Shown: piece by piece, positions 17,749 to 25,970 of the stretch | Layout of the letters: every line of letters starts with the position of its first letter | Numbering within the stretch: the stretch's first letter is position 1 | Source of the DNA: a bacterium | GTDB taxonomy: Bacteria > Patescibacteriota > SICC01 | DNA: 64,000 nt | NCBI GenBank assembly: GCA_030699935.1 | Contig: JAUYKS010000002.1 | Span: forward strand, 65,018 to 129,017 | Direction of reading: 5' to 3' | Position numbers and translations under genes: made by a program | Notes under the pieces: generated by a model | Databases searched by the model: none | Told to the model about the DNA's origin: nothing | What the model saw: the letters and a program-made list of their open reading frames with translations, nothing else

Positions 17749-18641
17749 TGCGGCTGGGAGCGCATCTTTCCGTAGCCAAAGGACTGCCCGCGCTGCTGGC
17801 TAACGCCGACGAGCTCGGTGCGACAGCGATCCAGATCTTCGCACGTAACCCGCGCGGACGCGGCGAGACTAAGGTGACCGACGGAGAAGCGGCGGCGTTC
17901 CGGAAGGGACTGCGGGCCCGGAACGCCGCGTTGTACATCCACGCGCCGTACTACGTGCAAGTCGGCGCAGCCGACGCGCGGAACCGCCGCATCTCCGCGG
18001 AAGTCGCGGCAGCCGACTTGGTGAAGGGCGACCGGCTCGGCGCCGCGGGAGTGATCGTCCATTTCGGCGGTACCGTCGACGAGGAAAATCCGGACGCGAG
18101 CACCAAGCACACGGTCGGGACGATCAAGGCGGCGCTCAAGCAGGCCGGACCGACGAAGTGCCGGCTGTTGCTCGAGGTCTCGGCCGGCCGGAAGCGCGTC
18201 GGAGCGACGTTCGAGCAGATCCGCGACATCCTGGACGGAGTGGATGAACCGTCCCGGTTGGGAGTCTGCCTCGACACCTGCCACCTGTTCACGGCGGGTT
18301 TCGACATCCGCGGCGCCGGAGCGACCAAGACGCTCGACCGGTTCGCGAAGACGGTAGGGCTGCGGAAACTGAAGGCGATCCACCTGAACGACACCCAGTC
18401 CGACCTCGGGCAGGGACTGGACCGGCACTTCCATATCGGCCAAGGCCGGATCGGCGAGGCGGCGTTCCGCAACCTGCTCCGCGACCCGCGGCTGAAGAAC
18501 ATGGATTTTCTGCTGGAGACGCCGAAGGAAGGTTGGGGCGAACCGAAGCGATTGCCGAAGGGCAAGGGCGCGCCGCCCCTCGACGCGGACGCCAAGAACC
18601 TGTCGACGCTCCGGCGGCTCGCCGGAACGGCCGCCCGCTGA
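17748..18641 (+). CDS. nfo: Endonuclease IV (AP endonuclease, TIM-barrel)
   Basis: MRLGAHLSVAKG… start with TGATG overlap to the upstream gene. His motifs (…VHFGG…, …CLDTCH…, …HLNDT…). The upstream in-frame extension 17241-17747 is rejected. Confidence 0.85.
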   Translation: MRLGAHLSVAKGLPALLANADELGATAIQIFARNPRGRGETKVTDGEAAAFRKGLRARNAALYIHAPYYVQVGAADARNRRISAEVAAADLVKGDRLGAAGVIVHFGGTVDEENPDASTKHTVGTIKAALKQAGPTKCRLLLEVSAGRKRVGATFEQIRDILDGVDEPSRLGVCLDTCHLFTAGFDIRGAGATKTLDRFAKTVGLRKLKAIHLNDTQSDLGQGLDRHFHIGQGRIGEAAFRNLLRDPRLKNMDFLLETPKEGWGEPKRLPKGKGAPPLDADAKNLSTLRRLAGTAAR

Positions 18642-18653
18642 TACGCTTAGACC

Positions 18654-19088
18654 GTGGCGAAAACATCGACCAACCCGCTGGCCTACGTCGCCTGGACCCA
18701 GGCGCTGCTCGCCACGTCCGGCAGCCTCTACTTCAGCGAAGCCGCCGGATACCTGCCCTGCCTGCTCTGCTGGTACCAACGGATCGCGATGTATCCGCTC
18801 GTGATCATCCTGGCGGTCGGCATCCTGCGCCGCGACAACAAGGTCTATCAATACGTGTTGCCGCTGGCGATTATCGGCGCCCTGATCGCGCTTTATCACG
18901 TCCTGCTCTACTATGGCGTCTTCGCCGAATCCGAGCAGACCTGCCGTGCCGGCGTCTCCTGCACCACCGAATACATCGAGTATCTCGGCTTCATCACGAT
19001 CCCGCTGCTCTCACTCGGTGCCTTCCTGGTGATCATCGCCTGCATGGTGCTACTCTGGAAATCGGTTAGGAAATCCGCCAAGAAATGA
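18654..19088 (+). CDS. bdbC: Disulfide bond formation protein B (BdbC-type)
   Basis: …SGSLYFSEAAGYLPCLLCWYQRIAMYPLV… and …ITIPLLSLGAFLVII… closely follow the Bacillus BdbC pattern. Confidence 0.8.
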   Translation: MAKTSTNPLAYVAWTQALLATSGSLYFSEAAGYLPCLLCWYQRIAMYPLVIILAVGILRRDNKVYQYVLPLAIIGALIALYHVLLYYGVFAESEQTCRAGVSCTTEYIEYLGFITIPLLSLGAFLVIIACMVLLWKSVRKSAKK

Positions 19089-19720
19089 ACACCGAATCGA
19101 AAGTCCTGATCGCCATCGCCGCCGTGATTACCGTCGCGGCCAGCGTTTTGCTGGTGATGGCCGGCGGCAAGGACGATGCCAAGCCGGTCGCCGACCCAGG
19201 CAAGTTGGTCCGCTCCGACTCCATCCAAAGCAACCCGAAGGCCAAGGTCACGCTGGTCGAGTTCGGTGACCTACAGTGCTCGGCTTGCGCTGCGGCCAAT
19301 CCCACCGTGCAGCAGGTCAAGAAGCGTTACGGCGCCAAGATCAACTTCGTCTGGCGGCACTTCCCGCTGAACATCCATCGGAACGCGCTGACCTCAGCTA
19401 ACGCCTCCGAAGCCGCGAACGCACAAGACAAGTTCTTCGCGTTCGCCGACAAGCTGATGGCGACGCAGAGCGCCTGGGGCGAAGCCGGCACCCCCGCCGC
19501 GATCCAACTGTTCGTCTCATACGGCGGCAGCCTCGGAGTCAGCGGTCCGGCGATCGAAAAGGCCGTCAAGGAGCAGCAGTACAAGGCCAAGATATCCAAG
19601 GATTACGCGGACGGCGAGGCGCTCGGCGTGAACTCGACCCCGACCTTCTTCTTGAACGGAAAAAAGGTCGAGACGACGGAACTGCTCAAGGCGGTCGGCG
19701 CCGCGGTCAGCCAGAAGTAA
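19085..19720 (+). CDS. DsbA-family thiol:disulfide oxidoreductase (BdbD-like)
   Basis: Thioredoxin-fold CxxC (CSAC), N-terminal TM anchor; the 5' end overlaps the bdbC 3' end by 4 nt. Confidence 0.75.
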   Translation: MNTESKVLIAIAAVITVAASVLLVMAGGKDDAKPVADPGKLVRSDSIQSNPKAKVTLVEFGDLQCSACAAANPTVQQVKKRYGAKINFVWRHFPLNIHRNALTSANASEAANAQDKFFAFADKLMATQSAWGEAGTPAAIQLFVSYGGSLGVSGPAIEKAVKEQQYKAKISKDYADGEALGVNSTPTFFLNGKKVETTELLKAVGAAVSQK

Positions 19721-19742
19721 TTCGTACCTTATAAGTCCTTCA

Positions 19743-19771
19743 TTGACACGAAAGGGCGGATGAGGTACCAT
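19743..19771 (+). promoter_or_regulatory. Promoter TTGACA-N17-TACCAT upstream of the UDG gene
   Basis: Consensus -35, 17-nt spacer. Confidence 0.45.
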
Positions 19772-19799
19772 TACCACCACTTAACAGGAACGCAGTCGC

Positions 19800-20594
19800 T
19801 TGATTTCAAGCGCACAGCGTCCACTCAACAGCCTCGGCGCCGAGGGCCTTCTCCAGGAAGACTTCGCCGCCAACTCTACGGGCTACGGAAAAAGTTTGAA
19901 GACTCTTGACCAGATCGCGGAAGAAATCCGCGCCCATAACGGGTGCGGTTTCGAGCCGTGCGAACAGGCGACCAACCTGGTGCCTGGTGAGGGTAACCCG
20001 CAGGCCGACGTCATGTTCATCGGGGAAGCGCCCGGCAAGAACGAGGACCTGCAGGGGCGGCCGTTCGTTGGTGCGGCCGGCAAGCTCCTCGACGAGCTGA
20101 TCGAGTCGATCGGCATGAAGCGGGAAGACGTCTTCATCGGGAACGTCCTGAAGGGTCGTCCGCCGGGGAATCGCGATCCGAAGCCGGAGGAGATCGACCA
20201 TTCCTGGCCGTGGCTGCGCGACCAGATCGCGGCGATCCAGCCCAAGCTGATCGTGCTGCTGGGCCGCCACGCGATGGACTGGTTCCTGCCGGATCTCAAG
20301 ATCTCGGTCGACCACGGCCGGGCCAAGCGGTTCCGCGGGCAGACCTACCTGCCGGTGTATCATCCCGCTGCCGCGCTCTATACGGGCTCACTTCGACAGA
20401 CCCTATTCGATGACTTCGCGCAGATCCCGCAGCTGCTGAAGAAAGTCGATAAGCTGCCGAAGGAGAAGGCCGAGATCGAACCGGTCTTCAAGCTGAAGAT
20501 TCGGAAAGCGCTGGCCCAGAATGCCGGAAAAGAAGACGGCGCTGACGCGCCCGAATCGACAAAGAATACTACTAATCAAGAAAGTTTACTCTGA
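19800..20594 (+). CDS. Uracil-DNA glycosylase, family 4
   Basis: …GEGNPQADVMFIGEAPG…GRPFVGAAGKLL… family-4 UDG motifs. TTG start is uncertain. Confidence 0.8.
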   Translation: MISSAQRPLNSLGAEGLLQEDFAANSTGYGKSLKTLDQIAEEIRAHNGCGFEPCEQATNLVPGEGNPQADVMFIGEAPGKNEDLQGRPFVGAAGKLLDELIESIGMKREDVFIGNVLKGRPPGNRDPKPEEIDHSWPWLRDQIAAIQPKLIVLLGRHAMDWFLPDLKISVDHGRAKRFRGQTYLPVYHPAAALYTGSLRQTLFDDFAQIPQLLKKVDKLPKEKAEIEPVFKLKIRKALAQNAGKEDGADAPESTKNTTNQESLL

Positions 20595-20595
20595 A

Positions 20596-22581
20596 ATGAA
20601 TCAACCAAACCAACCAAACCAATCGAATCAACCTAACCGCCCGAACCGATCGGGACAATCCCGCCCCTCCGGACAACAGGGACAACAGGGAGGACCAGGG
20701 CGCGATAACCGCTCCGGTCGTCCCAACCGCTCCAGCAAGCCGGGCGGACGGGGCAATGCTCCTGGGAACCACCCCGGAAACCGGGGCGGACGCCCCGGCG
20801 GCGGAGGCAGCGGAGGCGGACCCAAGAAACGCCGACGCAACGGACCGCCGCCGAACCGCTCGACCGGGCTGAACCTCAGCCGGGCCGAGATTGACACGAA
20901 GAAACCGGCGCCGCCGGGACCGAATCACCTCCGGATCATCCCGATGGGCGGACTCGGCGAGATCGGCATGAACTGCACCGCGCTGGAGTTCGGCAATGAC
21001 ATTATCGTCATTGATGTCGGCTTCATGTTCCCGGACGAGACGATGCCGGGCGTCGACTACGTCATTCCGGACATCTCGTACCTGGAGGCCCGCAAGGACC
21101 GGATCCGCGGCATCTTCATCACCCACGCGCACCTCGACCACATCGGCGGTGCGCCGTACCTGATCCCGAAACTCGGCTTTCCCCCGGTCTTCGCTACCAA
21201 GCTGGCCGACGGGTTCATCAAGAACCAACTCGAGGAACACAAGCTCGACACCCGCGTGAAAGTCACTCGCTTCAAATTCGACGATCGACTCAAGGCCGGC
21301 GTGTTCACGGTGGAACCGTTCCACGTCAATCACAGCATTCCGGAAGGAGTCGGATTCGCGATTACCACGCCGGTCGGCGTGATTACGACCAGTGGTGACT
21401 TCAAGTTCGACAAGACGCCGATCGCCGACACGCCGGCCGAACTCGAAAAGATCAAACGCATCGGCGAGCGCGGCGTGCTCCTGGCGATGAACGAGTCGAC
21501 GAACATCGAAAAACCGGGTCACACGGTTTCCGAGCTGGAGATTGAAAAAAGCCTGATCGAGCAGATCGGCAAGGCCAAGGGGCGGGTGATCATGTCGACC
21601 TTCTCCTCGTTGGTGGCCCGGATCCAGGAGACCATCGACGCGGCTGACAAGAACGGCCGCAAGGTATCGATCGTCGGACGTTCGATGATCAGGAACGTCG
21701 AGACTTGTCAGCGTCTCGGCTACATGAAGATTCCCAAAGGGATCCTCGTCGACGTCCGCCGGGCCCAGAACATTCCGGACCGGGAGCTCCTGGTGATCTG
21801 CACCGGCTCCCAAGCGACGGAGTACTCGGCCTTGCTCCGGATGTCCTTGGGTGAGCACAAGCAGATCAAGATCAAGCCGAGCGACACGGTGCTGCTCTCC
21901 AGCTCACCGGTACCGGGTAACGAACGGGCAGTGCATTCCATGATGGATGACCTCTTCCGGCAGGGCGCCGACGTGGTGTATTCGAAGGAATACGGCATCT
22001 ATACGTCTGGACACGCTCATCGCGAGGAACTCCGGGAGATGATCCAAATGCTCAAGCCGAAACACTTCATGCCGATCCACGGCGAATACCATAAGCGGGT
22101 GTTGCACGGCCGGTTGGCCAACGAAGAAGGCGTTTCGCCCGCGAACGTCCACCTGATCGATAACGGCAAGGTGCTCGAGGTCCGCGGTCCGGATGACGTC
22201 CGGCTCAGCAAGGAGCGGGTCGGCGGCGGCCTGGTGTTGATAGACGGTCTCGGTGTCGGCGACATCGGCGAAGTGGTGCTGCGGGACCGCAAGCACATGG
22301 CGGAGGACGGCATGGTCGTGGCGATCGTCACGGTCGACCGCCGGAACGGCAAACTGGTCGGCAGTCCGGACATCATTTCCCGCGGCTTCGTCTATCTCAA
22401 GGAGTCCGGGAAACTGATTGGCCAGGCGAGGGACCGTATCCGGAAAATCGCTCAGTCCCAAGGCAACCGACAGCCGGAACGTGACGCGCTGAAGAACAAG
22501 TTGCGGGACGACCTCGGCGACTTCTTTTACGACCAGACGGAACGCCGCCCGATGGTGATCCCGGTCATCATCGAAGTCTGA
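20596..22581 (+). CDS. rnj: Ribonuclease J with ~115-aa N/Q/P/G/R-rich N-terminal extension
   Basis: Metallo-beta-lactamase HAHLDHIGG, beta-CASP and RMMBL regions. Start at MNQPNQPN… just after the UDG stop; the longer in-frame extension from 20521 is rejected. Confidence 0.85.
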   Translation: MNQPNQPNQSNQPNRPNRSGQSRPSGQQGQQGGPGRDNRSGRPNRSSKPGGRGNAPGNHPGNRGGRPGGGGSGGGPKKRRRNGPPPNRSTGLNLSRAEIDTKKPAPPGPNHLRIIPMGGLGEIGMNCTALEFGNDIIVIDVGFMFPDETMPGVDYVIPDISYLEARKDRIRGIFITHAHLDHIGGAPYLIPKLGFPPVFATKLADGFIKNQLEEHKLDTRVKVTRFKFDDRLKAGVFTVEPFHVNHSIPEGVGFAITTPVGVITTSGDFKFDKTPIADTPAELEKIKRIGERGVLLAMNESTNIEKPGHTVSELEIEKSLIEQIGKAKGRVIMSTFSSLVARIQETIDAADKNGRKVSIVGRSMIRNVETCQRLGYMKIPKGILVDVRRAQNIPDRELLVICTGSQATEYSALLRMSLGEHKQIKIKPSDTVLLSSSPVPGNERAVHSMMDDLFRQGADVVYSKEYGIYTSGHAHREELREMIQMLKPKHFMPIHGEYHKRVLHGRLANEEGVSPANVHLIDNGKVLEVRGPDDVRLSKERVGGGLVLIDGLGVGDIGEVVLRDRKHMAEDGMVVAIVTVDRRNGKLVGSPDIISRGFVYLKESGKLIGQARDRIRKIAQSQGNRQPERDALKNKLRDDLGDFFYDQTERRPMVIPVIIEV

Positions 22582-22608
22582 TCGGTTATTTGCAGCCTGT
22601 GCAGCCGG

Positions 22609-24423
22609 TCATTGCGTGACCGGTTCGCACGGGCCGCTGGCCGAATCACAGACCACCTCGCGCCAGCCTCCGACGGCGAAGCTGCCGCCGGGGCCGTTGC
22701 TGAAGTTGATATCGTTCAGGCCGGAGACGTAGGTCACCACCGCGTTGTTGTCCAGCACCAGCCGGTTCGCGGTCAGGGCATTCGCGCCCGCGTTATTGTG
22801 CAGCCGGATCGTCCCCTTCGGCGCGGCCAGGATGATGTTGGTCGCGTTGTTCGAGACGTCGATCGCGTTGTCGGACGTACTGGTGGTCCCGAGCAGCAGG
22901 AAGCTGTTCGGCGTGCCGCTGCCGGTGAAGAGTACGTTGTTGCTGATGGTGACCGTCCCGTCCCCGACGATGACGCCGCTGTCCGCGCCGTAGCCGGGAT
23001 CGAGCACGATGGTCGCGTTGTTCGAGAACAGCATCGTTCCGGTCACATACAGGGTCCCCGTTATCCGCAAGGTGGAGCCGTTCTCGACGGTCAGGTTTCC
23101 GTCGATCTTGAGCGGCCCCATCGTCTGGCTCGTGCCGAGGGCGATCGTCACGTCACCGGTGTACGTTCCGCCCGACGCTCCCTGGGTCTTGAAGTCGATG
23201 ATGTTGGCGTCGGTGATCGGCAAGTCTCGCTGCGGCGGGTCCTCGCTGCCGGGGAAGCTGCTGCCGGCGATCGTGGAACCGTTGTCGGCCTGGAAGTACG
23301 CGTCGCCGCCCACGGTGAGCTGGTTAAGCGTGTTGGCATGGACATCTCCGCCGATGTCGACGCCTTGGGCGTAGGTCGGCGGGCTGCCCATGAACGCTTT
23401 GAACGCGAAGTCCTTACCGACCGGACTCCAGGTCATCGTCCCGCTGCTCCGCCAGCGGTCGGAGCTCTTGCCGGTGCCGTTCGGGTAACCGTTGTCATCG
23501 CCGACGCCCCAGGCCCAGTAGTTCGTCGCGGACCCGGACGTGTCGACGACGATCCAGTACTTCTGGCCGTTCGTCAGGGTCGGAGGGTTCGTCAGGCTGA
23601 CGTCGATGAATTGCAGGGTCGATCCGACCGACGACGCGTTCAGCGTGCCGCCGGCGACCTGCGTCCCAGAAGGTTGGTTGTTGTTGTCGGTGACGATCCG
23701 GATGGTCGCGTTGGCCGGATTGCCGAATTTCTTCACCTTGAGCGCCACCTTGACCAGCTTGCCGCTCTGGGACGTGTCGGCGGTGAACGCTTGGGCGACA
23801 TCGATCACGTTAGGACTGGAAGATTTCCCGAAGATGAAGTCGGTCACCGTGGCCGGATCGTGCTCGGGTGACGCGTCGGGGGCTGCCGTTCCGGCCACCC
23901 AGACGTCTCCCGACACAGAGGCGTTGTTCTCACCCGTGTGGTTGCCGTTGGAATAAGTGCTACCGATGATATCGGCGTTGTTGCCCATGGTAATGCCACC
24001 GGCACCGGCCTGCAGAGCGTATACGAAGTCCGCGTCGACCGACGGCTGCGGGCAGTCGTCGACCTGGATCCGTCGGACCAGCGTGTCATGATAGCCGGAC
24101 GCCATGATCTGGCGGACGTCCTGGCACGATTCCGTGTCGATCGTCTCGACCCTGTATTCGGTGCGGTTCCGGTCGTCGAAGGATGTCTCTACGGTGGCAC
24201 CGCCCGCTCCGAATCCCGGGCTGCGCTTTACCTGCAGCAGGCCGTCCTCGACGCCGCTCTCGGCGTTCACGATGCTCTGCGTCGAATCCAACCGCTCCTG
24301 GCTCTGCTGCATGGAGAGAACGGAAGTGGTCACCATCGCGCTGCCGATCACCACGATGATCGCGGAAAAGATCATCACCCCGAGGATGCCGACGACGCCG
24401 GACTGACCGCGTCCTCTGATCAT
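22609..24423 (-). CDS. Large pilus-associated protein: N-terminal hydrophobic anchor + beta-helix-like repetitive domain (ComGG/PilX-like non-canonical minor pilin or tip adhesin)
   Basis: Last gene of a four-gene operon after three prepilins. N-terminus GQSGVVGILGVMIFSAIIVV lacks Glu5. Long N/T/G-rich pseudo-repeats (…NNATIVLDPG…NNVLFTGSG…NNATNIILAAP…NNAGANALTAN…). Confidence 0.6.
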   Translation of the reverse strand: MIRGRGQSGVVGILGVMIFSAIIVVIGSAMVTTSVLSMQQSQERLDSTQSIVNAESGVEDGLLQVKRSPGFGAGGATVETSFDDRNRTEYRVETIDTESCQDVRQIMASGYHDTLVRRIQVDDCPQPSVDADFVYALQAGAGGITMGNNADIIGSTYSNGNHTGENNASVSGDVWVAGTAAPDASPEHDPATVTDFIFGKSSSPNVIDVAQAFTADTSQSGKLVKVALKVKKFGNPANATIRIVTDNNNQPSGTQVAGGTLNASSVGSTLQFIDVSLTNPPTLTNGQKYWIVVDTSGSATNYWAWGVGDDNGYPNGTGKSSDRWRSSGTMTWSPVGKDFAFKAFMGSPPTYAQGVDIGGDVHANTLNQLTVGGDAYFQADNGSTIAGSSFPGSEDPPQRDLPITDANIIDFKTQGASGGTYTGDVTIALGTSQTMGPLKIDGNLTVENGSTLRITGTLYVTGTMLFSNNATIVLDPGYGADSGVIVGDGTVTISNNVLFTGSGTPNSFLLLGTTSTSDNAIDVSNNATNIILAAPKGTIRLHNNAGANALTANRLVLDNNAVVTYVSGLNDINFSNGPGGSFAVGGWREVVCDSASGPCEPVTQ

Positions 24424-24905
24424 TGCGGCCTCGTCCCTACCGAGATGGATATGTCCGTGGTCTTGGTCCGCCCCGAAGCCGATTTGGAAAGCGTGGCCTT
24501 GAACCGCAGCGTGACCAGAGCCGTCCCGTCGCAGGTTGGGAAGAAGCGGACGCTGGAGGCGCTGGTGCCCGGCGACAACAGGTTCTCGGCGGTGCCGCCT
24601 TTGACGAATTCGATCTGCGCCCCGTTACGTTGGTAGGTCACGGCTCCGCCGGGAGCGGCCAAGGTGATCTGGTCTACGCTTTCGACGTTGCAGACGGAGC
24701 CTCCCGACACCCCAGTGGTTTCCGCGACCGTCCGTCCCAGGTGGGCGGTCACCCGGTCCGACTCGCGCTGCAGGCTCTGGACCAGCCGGTCGTCGACTTG
24801 CTGTCGGATGACCGTCACATAAAGCGTCCCGGCCGCCACGATCAGCAGGATGAATATCGAGATTGCGACCAGCAGTTCGATCAGCGTGAAGCCGGATTCC
24901 TTCAT
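24420..24905 (-). CDS. Type IV (pseudo)pilin with prepilin-peptidase motif
   Basis: MKESG^FTLIELLVAISIF… has the G/FTLIE motif with Glu+5. ATGA coupling. Confidence 0.7.
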   Translation of the reverse strand: MKESGFTLIELLVAISIFILLIVAAGTLYVTVIRQQVDDRLVQSLQRESDRVTAHLGRTVAETTGVSGGSVCNVESVDQITLAAPGGAVTYQRNGAQIEFVKGGTAENLLSPGTSASSVRFFPTCDGTALVTLRFKATLSKSASGRTKTTDISISVGTRPQ

Positions 24906-25417
24906 TGCCAGTCCGTCAGGTAACCGAATACGCTGCGCGATTTGTCCTGATTGCCCTGCTGCCAAGTCACCGTCACCGTGACCTTCTTCGTCTCTGGGTC
25001 CTCGAAGCTGCCGCAGGTCGCGCCCTGGCAGATCTTGTCTCCCGCGGACAGCGCGCCGTTACCGTCCGTATCGCTGCGCCGGACGGACGCGATGGTGACC
25101 CGGCGGGTGAACGTCCCCAGCGTCTCGCTGCCGGCTTGCAGGGCCCACGGCGGGTTGGTGCCGGGTTGGGCCGAGAGGCCGTAGGTACCGTCGGTGGCGA
25201 TCGCGTCCCAGTCGTCGTCCCGGATGACGCGGACCGCGTCCATGCCTTCTTTGAGGTGGCCGCCGACCGTGACCAAATCCGCGCCGTAGTCCGAGGTGGA
25301 CCTGGCGACCAGGACGACCTGGATCATCCCCACGACCCCGATTACGAATACGGAGATCGCGACGACCGCTTCCATCAGGGTGAACCCGCGTTCGCGCTGG
25401 CGTTGGCTACTCCTCAT
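24902..25417 (-). CDS. Type IV (pseudo)pilin
   Basis: …RERG^FTLMEAVVAISVFVIG… class III signal. Confidence 0.7.
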   Translation of the reverse strand: MRSSQRQRERGFTLMEAVVAISVFVIGVVGMIQVVLVARSTSDYGADLVTVGGHLKEGMDAVRVIRDDDWDAIATDGTYGLSAQPGTNPPWALQAGSETLGTFTRRVTIASVRRSDTDGNGALSAGDKICQGATCGSFEDPETKKVTVTVTWQQGNQDKSRSVFGYLTDWQ

Positions 25418-25889
25418 GGATTCCTCCGTTCGGGTCGACCTTCAGGGTCCGGGTCCGGTCGGGATCGGTCAGGGTCAGCGTGAGCGTGGCCTGGCTGCTA
25501 CCCTTGGTGCGGCCGGTGATGCGCTGGAAGACGATGCGGTCCGACGACGGGCTGATTTCCACGCCCATCGCGGCGACCCGGAAAGTCTCGGACCTGATTT
25601 TCCCGGCGAAGCCGGATTCGCAGGGATCGGCGGTCGAGTCGCTCGGGATGGAGAAGGAGGTCCAGCCGCCGGACGCGAAGCACATGCCGAATTCCTCGTT
25701 ACCCTTGGCCGCCCGGGCGTCGGATTGGAGAGACCGCAGGTTGGCGGTCAGTTCGTCGAAGTCCTGTCCGAACTTGGCGGGACGGTCGCCGCCGGTCATG
25801 CTGAACGCGATCGCTACCACGACCGCGATGATCGCCATGACCACGACGACCTCGACTACGGTATACCCCCGATTGCGCGTTCCGATCAT
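25407..25889 (-). CDS. Type IV (pseudo)pilin
   Basis: …NRG^YTVVEVVVVMAIIAVV… class III signal. Confidence 0.7.
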   Translation of the reverse strand: MIGTRNRGYTVVEVVVVMAIIAVVVAIAFSMTGGDRPAKFGQDFDELTANLRSLQSDARAAKGNEEFGMCFASGGWTSFSIPSDSTADPCESGFAGKIRSETFRVAAMGVEISPSSDRIVFQRITGRTKGSSQATLTLTLTDPDRTRTLKVDPNGGIHEE

Positions 25890-25970
25890 TTGTTTTCGTT
25901 CATCCGTTTTCGTCCCAAGTATATGCGAGTTTGCGCCCGTGCGAAGCCGGTCACCCTTATACTGATAGCC

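Noticed and set aside
17181-18899. 572-aa minus-strand ORF, and the + strand extension 17241-17747 of nfo
   Set aside because: Antisense to nfo/bdbC. The nfo N-terminal extension overlaps the 3' end of the upstream 529-aa gene in another frame. nfo starts at MRLGAHLS with a TGATG junction.
20521-20595. In-frame 25-codon extension of RNase J overlapping the UDG gene
   Set aside because: Overlaps the UDG 3' end. The Met at 20596 sits 1 nt after the UDG stop and gives a cleaner start.
25296-25970. 225-codon upstream in-frame extension of lepA
   Set aside because: Overlaps the pilin genes on the opposite strand and contains no LepA homology. LepA starts at MGSNQENIRNF.
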